Source: Spongospora subterranea f. sp. subterranea
Lineage: Eukaryota
DNA: 48,559 nt
NCBI GenBank assembly: GCA_049724395.1
Contig: JAUGWO010000079.1
Span: 1 to 48,559, forward strand
Reading direction: 5' to 3'
Numbering within the stretch: the first letter of the stretch is position 1; the number at the start of each line of letters is the position of its first letter. This document shows, one piece after another, positions 34,717 through 47,146 of the stretch. The position numbers and the translations under genes were made by a program. The notes below the pieces were generated by a model. That model had not been told where the DNA came from. It saw nothing but the letters and a program-made list of their open reading frames with translations, and ran no database searches.

Positions 34717-35200
34717 TATGTTTTTAAAGATGTGATTGGAGTAGGACATTTAAACTGTGCATTCGAAGCAATCAGAACATCAGGAGCAATACCAGACATT
34801 ACTGTTCAGCAATTACGTAGAAAAATATGTGACTACGCCAGAGACCCAAATCAGGGAAGAACAATAGCGACAAAAATACTGAATTACGCTGGATCATTAC
34901 CCAACAACGAAAATTGTACTCTTGATCAATATCTAGACATAATGGAACAGGACCGGCAATGGGCTGGATTGTTCGAGTTTACAGTAGCAGCCTTTATGTA
35001 TAAGATCAACATAATCATAATCAGTCAGGCAACAATACCTCTGACCAGAGATATAAAAAAATGGATCGAATCGTGTTTCCCAAAATTCAGAGACAACGTT
35101 CATTGGAAGAGTACGATCTATGTACTACACCACATGCATGGAAAACCATCAACCCCTATGGGACATAGTAGACTGAATTATTATGGGACTCTATTTCCAA
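34717..35200 (+). pseudogene. OTU-like domain in LINE copy 2
   Basis: KDVIGVGHLNCAFEA (Cys 34756-34758)...WAGLFEF...NYYGTL, with Tyr at 35179-35181 in place of the catalytic His. Confidence 0.68.
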
Positions 35201-38200
35201 TTGATGAAGACACTCTGATCAATAGTAACATTACAACAATACATGACCAATGTGAGAAATACGTTGAAAATTACATTGGGAAACAACAACATCGGACAAT
35301 GGTCTCATTAAAGATAACTGACGACGAACCATTGGACAACAAAATTGAAACACCAACGACATCCTCAATTCAGCCGAACAATAGTCTGTTAACTGGGGAG
35401 AACGAACAAGACCAACACACAATGCTGACACCAAAAAACAGGACCAGCGAATTACTGCAAAAACTGGAAAAGCTTAGCATGGTCACAAGCCACAAAACCA
35501 ACAGAAGTCCACAACATAGGGTATCTAGAGACAATGACTCAATCCAACGTTTAAATCAATCTCACTACGTGATTAATAACAGCGACAACATTTCCGGTAA
35601 CATTGGAAAAAAAGACAATAATCAAACAAAGAAAGAAGAGCTACTACAAGAACTTCAAAAGGCAAGGTTCACCGAAAAATACTCACACAACGATGCTCCT
35701 CAACCAAACAAAAAAGACAACTGAAAATAACACAATGCTTTGCGAGCCTTAACGGTAAAGCGAAACAAGAAAAGAGTAACCGAAATTTGATTATAGCACA
35801 ATGGAACGCATGTTCATTAAGCGAGGAGAAGTCAACCGAACTGGCACTTTTTGCGAATCAACACCTAATAGATGTAATCTGTATTGCAGAGCTAAGCCAT
35901 AGACGTAATATACATGGATTCCCACACTACGAATGTGATGATCGATACACACAATCAGGAATTTTTTAGCGAGAACATGTCAAAACTGAAAAACTACATC
36001 CACCGGCAATTCAATGTTTTGGACAATTCGCTATTACAACACAAATTGTAAAATTATACGACGAAATGATACTGATACACACATATATCCCACCTGATAT
36101 CGACAGACAAACTAGAAGAGCATACTGGAAGCAGATTGAAATCTTCTCAGAAACAAGAGACGAGTCCATTCTCATCACAGGAGACCTAAATACTAGAGAT
36201 AAGAGATTTGGCACAAATCATAAAGAAAACCACACATACATAGACGGAATACTAGAGGAGTTCAGAATTATGAACAATCCTGAAATACCAACCAGAGAGA
36301 ACAACACATTGGATATCACACTGGCGAATAGGAAGATGGCAAAACAGATTGTGAACTTCGAAATCCAAACAGGCCTGAGTAGTGATCATCTTCCAACAAC
36401 AATCGAAACCAGCATTAGAGGCAAAACTAACCACAGATCAACAATTGATAGGAAAAGGGTAAAAAAACTTGACAATAGATCAACAGCAAAGGCACTAGTG
36501 ACAGCCATTGAAAACCAATCTGATAACACTATGGGACTGTCCAAATTCACTACAATGCTACAGCAAAGCATAAAATACCGATACGTTAGATTGAACAGAT
36601 GCAAGTTCTGGAACGTACACCTGAAAGAGGCACTTAAACTGAGAAACAAACTCAGACGCAAATTGCACACAGCGATACTCTCACACAAAAATGAAGCACA
36701 AATCACACAGAGAAAAGAAGCACTAAACAAAGCTGCTATAGAATTTAAGAAACAATACGTCAAAGCCAAAAACAAGCACCTGACAAAAATGGTCAAAACA
36801 GCGTGTGAGGATAAGACAGGAGCACAAATCTGGAGACTGGTAAAACAGATCAGCCCACAAACAAACAAAAGAAGAAACAAATATGAAACTTACACCAACG
36901 AAGCAAAAGAAGAGGTAGAGAACATCGCCTCGAAGTTCGAAGAAATCTAATTGTGCACCAGATCTCACACTGACAGAAATAGAAAAGATGGAGCACGAAC
37001 TGCTCCTTGCAGAATTATTGAAGGAACGATTGGAAACACCAACAGCGAATATAACCACCAGAGAACTGGAAAGAGCAGTTAAAAAAGCCAACAGCAAATC
37101 TGCTGGAGGAATAGACGGAATCCCCAACAGCCTGATTAAACATATGTGCACAAATCACATAATCAAGGACACATTCCTGAAAGCAATCAATACCGACATC
37201 ATCGACACTGGGTGCTTTCCACAGGAAATGAAGATCGCCAAAATACGGCCACTACCCAAAGCGAAACCAGGAGAATATCGACCGATATCATTATTACCAA
37301 ACATAGCAAAGATTGTGGAAGGAATAATTGAACATAGAATAAGACAACTAGCGAGCGAACACATACCAGATAACCAATCTGGATGTCGGCCAGCACACAG
37401 CACAACCCATGCATTGTTAAGACTGCTACATAATGCAGGATTAGCGGCGGCAAAAGATCAACAATTCGCCATGATTGTATACGACTTCATGAAGTTGCAT
37501 TCGATAGAGTGCAACGAACACTGCTAATCCAGAAAATGAGGAGAATGGGGATAGATCCATATCTGATATTACTGATTAATGACTGGCTAACAAACAGACT
37601 CTTTGAGGTGAATTATAGAAACACCTCTTCCAAATTGCATAGACAGGAGAATGGTATTCCACAGGGATCCAGTATAAGTGTGTTGCTGTGGATAATCTAC
37701 ATATATGACGCCCCTTTAGAGACTAAGAACAGTAATGTGTATGTGGATGACACAACACAATGGGCTATTGGTGACACAAAACAGGAAGTACTAACAAAAT
37801 TGAGAAGAGATAGCATCAAACTACAGCAATGGTGTAAAGACAACAGGATCAAAATCCAATGGCTCAAAACAAACTATTCAATGAATACTCACCCACAGAC
37901 AAATTAACTATAAATGGACAAACGATCCAGACAACAAAAACAGTGCAATATCTCGGAGCAACGCTGAACGCCAATAACGAAAATAACCACTCAACTTTCA
38001 CTATTCAACTGACAGAAGTGGCAAACGATATAAGGAAACGATGTAAACTGGCACGAGAAATGAGAAAATACCGGATACCATACAGAACATATCAACAGAT
38101 ATGTCGAGGATTTATAGGAGGGAAACTGAACTATTACCTACCCTGGTTGGCAGGAGAAATCAACAAGAACATGAGTAGGACATTGCGGCCCATTGAGACA

Positions 38201-39554
38201 GCATATAAGGACTATATGAGAACATATACAGGGTGCTTCAAATCAACACCAATCCCTATATTACATGCAATATCAGGATTCCCATTACTGAGAGATAAAA
38301 TCATCACAGAAACAACAATGACAGTACTCGCTGCTCAGGCAAATGGGACATTATTGGGCAGAGAATACACAGAATGGAATGGAGAAGGAGATGGATGGAC
38401 ACCACTTGGAGAAGTCTGGAAAGCACTCAAAGAGAGAGTGCCAGATGGATTCGAGAACATTCATGCGAAAACAGAAATATCGCCGGACATCCTTGAAGGA
38501 CTATATAAGATTAGATTTCACACATCAAATAGAAAAAAAGCGATCAAGAAACACAAAAAAGGAAAACTATTACCAAAGAACCCAGATATCGAGCTGTGGA
38601 CGGATGGAAGTTTCAAACGCGATCAGGGTGGAGGTGCAGCAGCACTTCTAATAGACAATCGCAAAAGGAACGAAAACCCCGAAATAGAGGCAGAGGAGAT
38701 CGAATCAACAGTCAAATTAGGACCGAAAGTGACGTCCTCGTATGAATGTGAGATTATCGCATTGAACATTGGATTGGACATAGCTATTAACCAAGATTAT
38801 CGAGGCACAACAATTCATATTATGACAGATTCACTGTCATGGATGAACCAGCTAAAATCACTACCGACAAAGCCAAGAAGAGTTAACGCCGTCGTTGCCG
38901 AATGTGCTAAAAAACTGGCAGAGCTAACCAACGAGAACCAAGTAGATATACACTTTATTCCTAGCCATGTACCAGACATGGATAAGAATGAATCGGTAGA
39001 CCACACGATTCAACCGCCAAAAACAATCAACATAGGAAGGAGCGAAGAGATTGACGAAATCGCTAAACAAGCAATAGAAACAGGAGATGATATAGAACAT
39101 GATCCGTTCTTGTCATCATTTAAACTACAATTGAAGAAGACTGAAACCCAAAAACGAGACGAATATATTGGACGAAGCGTCAAAATGAGTGGATTCGCTG
39201 GTTAACCAGACAGGTTACCTTACATGAAGCGACAACCCAATACCTGTGAAAAAGCCAGCTGGCCCCAACCCGAACTAAATCGAGCTCGAACAGGACACTC
39301 TTGTGCCCGACAACATCTGAAGAATCTGAAAATGGAAGTGAGTGACGTATGCCGACACTGTAATGAACGTATAGAGACAGTAGAGCACCAAGTACTACAC
39401 TGCGCAGCCCTACAAAGAAAGTTACAGCACAGCAGAGCCGAATTTGACAAACTAGGGACGGATTTCGAAACAGCACTATGGGCACATCCAACAGAAATGA
39501 ATCGAATACTGAACAAAGCACGACGAAGAGGATGTTTTATCTGATTAAGGCTTT

Positions 39555-39775
39555 ACGAGAGAGGAGAAACCCTCTTAAAAACTCCCAGAGGAGAAAACCT
39601 CTTTAAACAATCAGCTGGCTTGCAATGAAGGCGACATGTCCTACAGCAATGGTGTTCCGTAAGGAATTTCCCCTGTGTCCCAATGGGTTTCGGGGTTTTA
39701 GTGAGTCGGGTCACCCCAACCTCACACTACCATTGTTTGTAGAGCAGAATGCTGAGCAACATATAGCGAAGGTTC
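39555..39775 (+). promoter_or_regulatory. Structured LINE 3' UTR
   Basis: Two GAGG-loop-CCTC hairpins and a GGTTTTAGTGAG...CTCACACTACC stem-loop, conserved in the copy at 33300-33494. Confidence 0.6.
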
Positions 39776-40099
39776 TTATCACAAACGCAGGAGTTTGTGC
39801 CCAGATGGCGAGCAATCATCATCTGGCCCTAGAGTAGATATTGGGTACTACAGACCTAACACAAACGTGTTGAACTCAATCACAAAAAAAATAAATTTTT
39901 TTTGCGCACATTCTTGCGCAGGGTTTATTCAATCTGGAAACAATTCTAATGTCTTTGATCAAACCGGTTTCAAACCGTTTCGAATCAGTTTGCACCCGGT
40001 TGTGATCAACCAGTTGCCATCCCTATTCGCGATATCGCCATCCATCAAAACCCCTTAACAAATGATCAAGCGGGAAGATTCCGGACGAAATCGGTGCCC

Positions 40100-41852
40100 T
40101 ATCAGACAAGCGCGTACGCAGTCCGTCCGAAAAACCCGAAGCCTTCGTACACTGTGCGGAGATCCGTACGGGGAGCGGGAGTGTTGGCCAAACCATTGAC
40201 CCGAAATTGTCCAAAATGCTGATCTCGTGTTATTTGGTATCGCCTATTCGCCTCATTCGTATTAGGATTCAGCGCCGCCCAACCCTGGGGCTTCAACGAC
40301 AGGGACGATTTCTTTAACTGCATCGAACAGTATGACAATATTTGGACCGATGACGTTAAGAACCCAGTCCTGCCAATCTCTTCTTCCAACATCCCGATAT
40401 CGGATCAACCTGAACCCTCGGCTCCCTCTGAATTATATGAAAAGCCTGCTGCGTTGGAAAATGTCAACGAAGATCAATTCAGATTCGACACAGTTTTCAA
40501 AGTTTGGGTTCCAGAATTTCCAAATTCTGATAAACGCATATTTGATCAGGCTCAGGCTCCCGCAGAATTTTTGCAGAATTTCAAAAAATATTGCTCCTGC
40601 TTCATGCAAAACTCGGTTCCATCTGAACTTATGGATGGATTAGTTAGTAATACCCTGTTTTGCCTGTGCAAAAATCGATATCGCAACGTGCTTTGGAATC
40701 CACACAAACTACAAGACATGCTGTTTTTCATCTTCAATCATGATGATGACAGTTTACAATCAAGTCTTCGGTTCGCGTGTTAATCAGCTAAACACCCAGA
40801 CTGAGGTCATCACGTCTCCTGTCGATCCCAGTATGAAGTTCTCGAAGGATGTAATTATTAACTTGTCCATTATGTCGACGATGTTTCGAATGTCGTATAA
40901 AGCTCATTGGCTTCATCCCATACTGCGCCTGTTCTGGAATGCATCCTTGATATTGCTTGAATCATATGGGGCCTGCGGAAAGGATGTCATGAACGCCTTA
41001 CAATGCCATATACAGGCAACATTGATGCATGACAAACAATATTCTAAAGCGTGGGGTCTATTCGACAATCAATTGTTTAATCAATTATATTCTCTGTTGA
41101 GATGTCTCGCTGTATCCAAACCTGTTTATCGTTCACGCGCATGTATTTCTGCTCCCAAGTTTCCAGGTTCAAGGCCCCGTTATCGTGAACACCAAAAAAT
41201 TTACATAATCGTTGAGGCATTGAAAAATCTGGCAGAACGTAGGCGCAGATCCAAAACCGAAACGGTTCAGATTTCTGAAGTCAATGATGCTCTTATCGTG
41301 GCTCTGAACGATTTCCTTGAGATTACCGACCCATATATTGCTGATGTTGTCAAATCAATTGTCCTTCAACCAGATGATCAAACATTGCTTGCAAATTACG
41401 ATTACTTGTCTCCTCAATATGGCCCTCACCCCTCCCCCGTCCATCAGCTGCCTTTTGATCCCGAACGTGCATGGCCGGGGCCAGTACCGCGGGTATTGGG
41501 CAGGATGTCTGCGGTCTTCCAACTTGCATATTGTTCGACTCGGGATCGTCCTGTACTGAGCATTTTCTGGAATGCGGCATTAAAATTGCTTGATTTATAT
41601 GGGGCACGAGATGAGGATACTATGAATTCTTTAACACGCCATATTCAAAAAAAACTGGTATGCAGCCCATTGGATTCTACATTTGTGGCGGCCCCTCCCC
41701 GCACTGAATGGGTCATCCCTGAATGTTTGTTGAAAACTCTGGAGCAAGTCGTTGCTATTTTGATTCGAGAAGTCAAAGATGGAGACGCGAATACGGATCA
41801 GACAGTTTTCACAGAAAACCGCGATCTAGTTTGTCAAGGACAGGTTCACTGA
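40100..41852 (+). CDS. Unknown protein with an internally duplicated helical domain; frameshifted or spliced at the 5' end
   Basis: ORFs 40454-40783 and 40740-41852 overlap; repeat units at ~40860-41110 and ~41496-41762. Start not determined. Confidence 0.55.
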
Positions 41853-41985
41853 AAAAGAAAAAAACCATCCACGGAGCCTCCATTTGACACTGAAAACAGT
41901 TCATAAAAAACTCATCGACTAAAACGCGTCAAATCATTGCGTCACCCTGTTCACATCCGTAGGCACTCAATCAAGATTGGTGACC

Positions 41986-42298
41986 TGTTTGAGTGTTATT
42001 TTCGTACAGTAGTAGTGTTGCTGAATCCAGCTGGTCTAATAGGTTCCTTCATTGGCTACCCAAGCTAGTTGTTGCGGCCAGACGGAAGTAGGGAAAGCCT
42101 GGTAGTACACAGAATTACCCGACCCATAAGAACCCGCGAACCTTTGTATACCATACCATACCATACCATACCATACCGTACAGTAGTAGTAAAGGCTGAG
42201 AACGAAGTGAGTGGGTTTATTGAAGACACACGAGCGTAGTTCAGTCCGTACGGAGGCCGTAAAGTATGTATAGGTTGTTATATGAACCATGCATCAAC
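41986..42298 (-). repeat. Probable 3' LTR of a third copia, containing a (TATGG)n tract
   Basis: Follows PPT GAGGGGGGAG; 42199-42291 recurs inverted at 47778-47870, just inside a TGTTGA start. Left boundary tentative. Confidence 0.6.
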
Positions 42299-42305
42299 TC
42301 CCCCC

Positions 42306-42565
42306 TCAACCGAAACCATCTTTTGGCATGCAGTAAATTTTGCTTCGAAATTCTTCAAACTTCATCCGACCTAAGGGCTTCGTGAAAAACATTATAAAGA
42401 CAACAAAGCTATCAGCCAGATTTTGCGTGGTCGGAACATACGTTGGTGAAAGAGTCTTGTCGGTTACCAGGTCTCGTAGGAAATGCTCTCGCAAGGCAAT
42501 GTGTTTCATTTTTGAGTGATTCATCTCGCTTGTTGAAAAGGCGATGGATCCCTCATTGTCTTGAA
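42306..42565 (-). pseudogene. Copia RNase H C-terminal fragment
   Basis: QDNEGSI...KHIALREHFLRDLV...NLADS...FTKPL...KF. Confidence 0.8.
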
Positions 42566-42800
42566 ATTACACAGTTGGCGAGACTTGTCTGAAACCAATT
42601 TCGGACAATCCTGTTAGTGTGAGCTTGGATGAATGACAGTGCCGTTGGAATAAAAGGCCATATTGAACGGTACCCTTCAGATATCGGAAAAACCAGTGAA
42701 GGCTGAGAACGAAGTGTGTGTGTCAGGGCCCCACATGTCAGGACCCCACTATAGGAGGGAGGGACCTGAGCACACCAACTTCGGTAGGAATGGTACAAAA

Positions 42801-42960
42801 ACACACTTGTTTTGGGTTCTCAACACACCAATGTAAAACGTGCGTGGGTTGGTATCATAGCACACTGTTTCAAGGTATGCAACGCACTAAGGATGGTACT
42901 GTAGCACACTTGTTTTGGGCTCTCAACACTATGGTGAAGAACCAATGTAAACAGTGCGTG
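42801..42960. repeat. Short imperfect direct duplication (cacacttgttttggg-tctcaacac...accaatgtaaa...gtgcgtg)
   Basis: Copies at ~42802-42846 and ~42905-42960. Confidence 0.7.
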
Positions 42961-42974
42961 AGAGGAATCATAAG

Positions 42975-43097
42975 TAACAGATGGTGTTCGTAATATAGAC
43001 CAGAGCTGTTGACCAGAATATTGGGAAGAAATGTATTATAATTGGTAGGATCATATTGGTACGGTAGTACAGGGGTAGAAGCGTTCATAACTTAATA
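42975..43097 (-). repeat. 3' LTR of the complete copia (TATTA...TGTTA)
   Basis: Identical to 47008-47130. Confidence 0.97.
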
Positions 43098-43129
43098 CTC
43101 CCCTTCGCTTTTAACCTTTGTCAGTATTA

Positions 43130-46100
43130 TTATATCTGCATAATGGATGATTTAAATCTTTTGAATGCAGGTTCACTGATTGGTTTAGTGAATATGTCCG
43201 CCATCATATCTGTTGTTGGACAATAGATGATTTCTATTTCCCTTTGTTGCACCTTTTCGCGAACGAAATGATATCGAACATCGATATGCTTGGATCGTTG
43301 GTTCGAGCAATTGTTCTTTTCGAGAAAAATAGCGCCCTGATTATCCTGGTATAGTGGAGTAATCATCGAATCTTTAAATTGATTTAACTCCTTCAGCAAA
43401 TCGCGGAGCCAAATGATTTCTCTTGTGGCGTCGCTTGCGGCCATATATTCCGCTTCAGTTGTTGAAAGTGCAACTGAATGTTGCTTTCTGGGGATTTCCA
43501 TATAACGGGATTGCCTCCCACTTGGATCAGTAGACCTGTGGTTGATCGCCGATCAAGAGTGTCCATCGCGTAATTGCTGTCGGCCCATCCTGTGATATCA
43601 GTTGAGCTCCCCTTGAACACCAAGCCGTCATTCGGGGTCGTGTTCAGGTATTTGAGAATCCTTTGCGCCGCTTTCCATAGTGCTTTGGTTGGTTTCGACA
43701 CATGCCTGCTGATATTGTTAACTGCAAATGCAATATCAGGACGTGTCCCGTAAGCGATGTAGGATAAACTTCCAATGATTTCGCGAATGGGATACTTATC
43801 AGTAATCTCCTCGTCCTCGTTTGGATCATAAATAGTTGTCATCGGTGTGGTGACTGGTTTGCAGTTTTCCTGCTTGAAACGCTGGATGACCTCTCTTATG
43901 TATTTTTCTTGCGATAGTCGGATCGTGCCATCTAAACAACGGATCTTCATACCGAGAAATGTATCGGCTTCCCCTAGGTCTTTCATCTTGAATGATGACC
44001 GTAGTACTGCTGAAATCTTCGTAATTTCAGTGTCGTCGTCGCCTGTGATTAGTAGATCATCGACATAGATACCTATGATTGTCAATTGATTCTCCCGGGA
44101 TTTGTACCAAATGCATGGTTCCTTGGTTGATTGCGCGAATTGACTTTCCCTTAACTTGCCAAACAGGGTCGTTTGCCATTCGCGACCGGCCTGCTTCAGA
44201 CCGTATAAGGCTTTCTCTAGTAGACATACTTTATGTTCCTCGCCCTGCTTGAGGAATCCGTCCGGTTGGTATATGAAGATAGGATTAGTTAGAGGTGCAT
44301 TTAGATATGCAGTTGTGAAATCCTTCTGATAAATCTTCCAGTGGTTGGCGGCGGCAATTGATAAAATCGTTCGAAGCGATGTCTGCGCCAATACAGATGA
44401 AAAAGTTTCATCGTAGTCGATTCCTTCTCTCTGTGCGAATCCTTTTGCCACAAATCGTGCCTTGAATCGTACCTTGCCATCAGGGTGTGTTTTCGTCGTG
44501 AATACCCATTTGCCTTTGATCGGCTTGATGTGTGCAGGTTTATCTACGAGTGTCCACGTGTGATTGCGATGGTGTGCATCAATTTCTTCTTGAGCAGCTT
44601 GTCGCCATTTCGTTGCTTCCGGTGACTCCATCGCCTCTGCAAATGTGGTTGGTAGTCGAACTGCACGATTAATTTCATAGACGAATTCGTCAATGATTGC
44701 CATGGGATTTTGGCTTTGCGGATGATTTTCGCTCGTGCTCCCTTCGTTGAATGTGATGTCGCGTCTGATGAGTACTTTCTTGTCTCTGACGCGTTCTACA
44801 ACGTATCCCTTTTGGTAATATGGGTATCCTAAGAAAATACACTTTTCCGCTGTTGGATCAATACTAGTCCTAAATGAACTGTCAATGTGTGTCCAGGCAA
44901 CGCATCCAAATGGGCGCATGTTATCGACCGCAGGAACTTGATTTTTCCACAGTTCGTATGGCGTCTTCCAGTCTATGCGTTTTGTTGGCAATCTGTTGAG
45001 AGTGTCGACGGCGTATCTGACTGCATGTGGCCAATAGTCGTCTGGTAAACCTGACTCTCTTAATATACAACGGGCCATCTGCATGATCGTCAGATTTCGT
45101 CGCTCGGCTTGACCGTTTTGTTGTGGGGAATATGGCACTGTCTTCTGATGTTTAATTCCTTTCTGAAGAAGAAATGTGCTCATTTGCTCATTTACGTATT
45201 CTTTTCCTCCATCGGTTAATAGAATAGCGAGCCTTTCCGTGGTTTCTGCCTGTGCATCGGTAAGGAATCTTCGCATCGCCTGTAGTACCTCGTCTGCTTC
45301 CTTCGTCTTCAAGAATGAGACCCATGTCCAGGTAGAATACAGACAGTTGAACGTTATGTAATAGCGATAATTACCAGCTCCAGGTGTTACGAATGGTCCT
45401 TTAAGATCTGATGAGACCATCTGATACCTTCGGGTTGGTTTGGTTCGCCGTTCTTCAGGAAATGCATGTCGTCGGGATTTGTTTTGCGCACAGATGTCGC
45501 AAAACTGCCGTTCGCTACCGGTAATTTCAATTCCGGTGGTCGATTTCTGTAGATTCTTCAGACGCTCGTCCGACGCATGTCCAAACCGCTTATGAGCGAG
45601 GTCCAGGCTGATCGTCGCGTTGACCTTTGCATGTCTCCCTGTTCTGACGTAATATAGGCCATCATGCATCTTTGCGGTGAGGATCGTTTTTCCTTCTTTG
45701 CTCTCAATGTGCATGTCGTTTTCGATGACGATTCTATAGCCTTGTTGAGTGATTGAATGCGCTGATATTAACGTATTCGTCATGTTCGGTGCGTAGAGTA
45801 CATCCTTGATGGTGATTGGCGGTGATGTCTGGATGATCAAAATGCCCTTTCCATATGCCTTTGAGGCCTGTCCATTGCACGCTTGGATCTGAACTGGTTG
45901 TTTAAGAGGTTCATAATTAATCAAGATGTTTTGATTATTTGTGACTGAAACGTTGGCGCCACTGTCAATGATGTAGTCGCACGTGACTGCAGTGCCGACG
46001 CGCGAGATCCTGAATCCATTGAATTTAACGCGGTGCGCATTGTTCGTTTTCGGTGAAAATTCATCATGGTTTTTTCGTCGGAGATGTGGGTTCAACACCC

Positions 46101-46911
46101 AACACTTGTCTGTGTCATGAGAAGTTGTCTTGCACTTCTTGCAATACTGCTTGGCTCTCAAGTAACTTTTGCTCTTGTGCTGGGCTTTCATTGTCTTCAA
46201 GTCAATCGCTGGCTCGTTCGGTATCTTTGCAAACTTGCCATGCTCGTGCTCTCGTTCTGTAGACAGTAAGAGGCTTGTCATTGAAGCAATTGTCCCTAGC
46301 TGTGATGCTCTCGCAGCTGCCTTGACTTGGTTGTACTCTGCTGGTAATCCCTGAAGTACTTTCGCACAGAATGCTAGTTCTCCGATCTTGATCTCCAGTG
46401 TGATCATGTCGTGGTATATTGAAACGAGTCGGTCCAGGTAAGCCTTCATCGTCTCGCTTGGCTGCTTTTGCGCCTCAATGAATTCGATGAATAAGGCCCC
46501 GGATTTGGCCTCTTTAGTTTCATCGTATGTATCTTGGAGTGTTCTCCATAGTTGTGCTGTTGTTGCACAATGGCTGACCTGCTTATACTGCACCTGTGCC
46601 AGGCGCATGCTGATTTCGGCTAACGCTGCGCGATCGTTGCGTCGCTCTGTTGAAGATTCAGCGTTAGGCTCGTGGTGCAAATACGAGTCTATATCCATTC
46701 GAATGAGTTGGGTCTCAACCTTCCGTTTGAAAGTGTCCCAGTTTGTGCCGTCAAACTCTGGGATCAGATTTAGGCCGCCGTTATATTTGGTGGTGTCCAC
46801 CTCCTTCCTTAACGGGTGAATTGTTGTCGATCTTGTCGACTCCCATCGTCGCTCTGGCTGGCTGTTGCCGCCGGCGATGTTGTTGACCTCGTCTCTGCTG
46901 TGGCGGGTCAT
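43130..46911 (-). CDS. Copia gag-pol polyprotein (one frameshift in a C-run near 43490-43500)
   Basis: CKKCKTTSHDTDKC; IIDSGA; HKRFGH/CDIC; DLKG, TDGGKEY, PQQNGQAER; YVDD; GWADS, LSTTEAEY, KHIDVRYH, ADIFTK. First ATG at 46911. Confidence 0.93.
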
Positions 46912-46993
46912 GGTGGTGGTGTCTCTTGCGTTGGCTTTACGCTGGACTACCCCTTTCTGTGTCAATGAGCTCTGTCGCGCAACTTGGTGGAGT

Positions 46994-47007
46994 TGGGACT
47001 CTTAATC
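46994..47007 (-). promoter_or_regulatory. Primer-binding site GATTAAGAGTCCCA, complementary to the anticodon arm of tRNA-Lys(CUU)
   Basis: Directly abuts the 5' LTR; the plus strand reads TGGGA CTCTTAA TC, the anticodon stem-loop of eukaryotic tRNA-Lys-CTT as recalled. Confidence 0.7.
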
Positions 47008-47130
47008 TAACAGATGGTGTTCGTAATATAGACCAGAGCTGTTGACCAGAATATTGGGAAGAAATGTATTATAATTGGTAGGATCATATTGGTACGGTAG
47101 TACAGGGGTAGAAGCGTTCATAACTTAATA
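47008..47130 (-). repeat. 5' LTR of the complete copia
   Basis: Identical to 42975-43097. Confidence 0.97.
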
Positions 47131-47146
47131 ATAAGCTTGGTTCTGG

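Larger units (their letters stand above)
34100..39775 (+). mobile_element. Non-LTR retrotransposon copy 2 (OTU-APE-RT-RNase H-CCHC) with 3' UTR; probably 5'-truncated; several stops and frameshifts
   Basis: OTU 34717-35200; APE QWNACSL, YIPP, ITGDLN, SSDH; RT YRPISLL, GIPQGS, YVDD (37740); RNase H WTDGS, IMTDS, FIPSH; CRHC...EHQVLHC; stop at 39544. 5' boundary uncertain. Confidence 0.92.
42975..47130 (-). mobile_element. Complete Ty1/copia LTR retrotransposon, 4156 bp, recent insertion
   Basis: Identical 123-bp LTRs (42975-43097, 47008-47130); TSD ATAAG (42970-42974, 47131-47135); PPT AAGGGGAG; single gag-pol ORF. Confidence 0.97.

Noticed and set aside
39700..39775. HDV-like ribozyme (GCGAA followed by AGGTT able to pair with AACCT)
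   Set aside because: No P3/L3 or P1.1 elements could be built, and the position is the 3' end rather than the 5' end.
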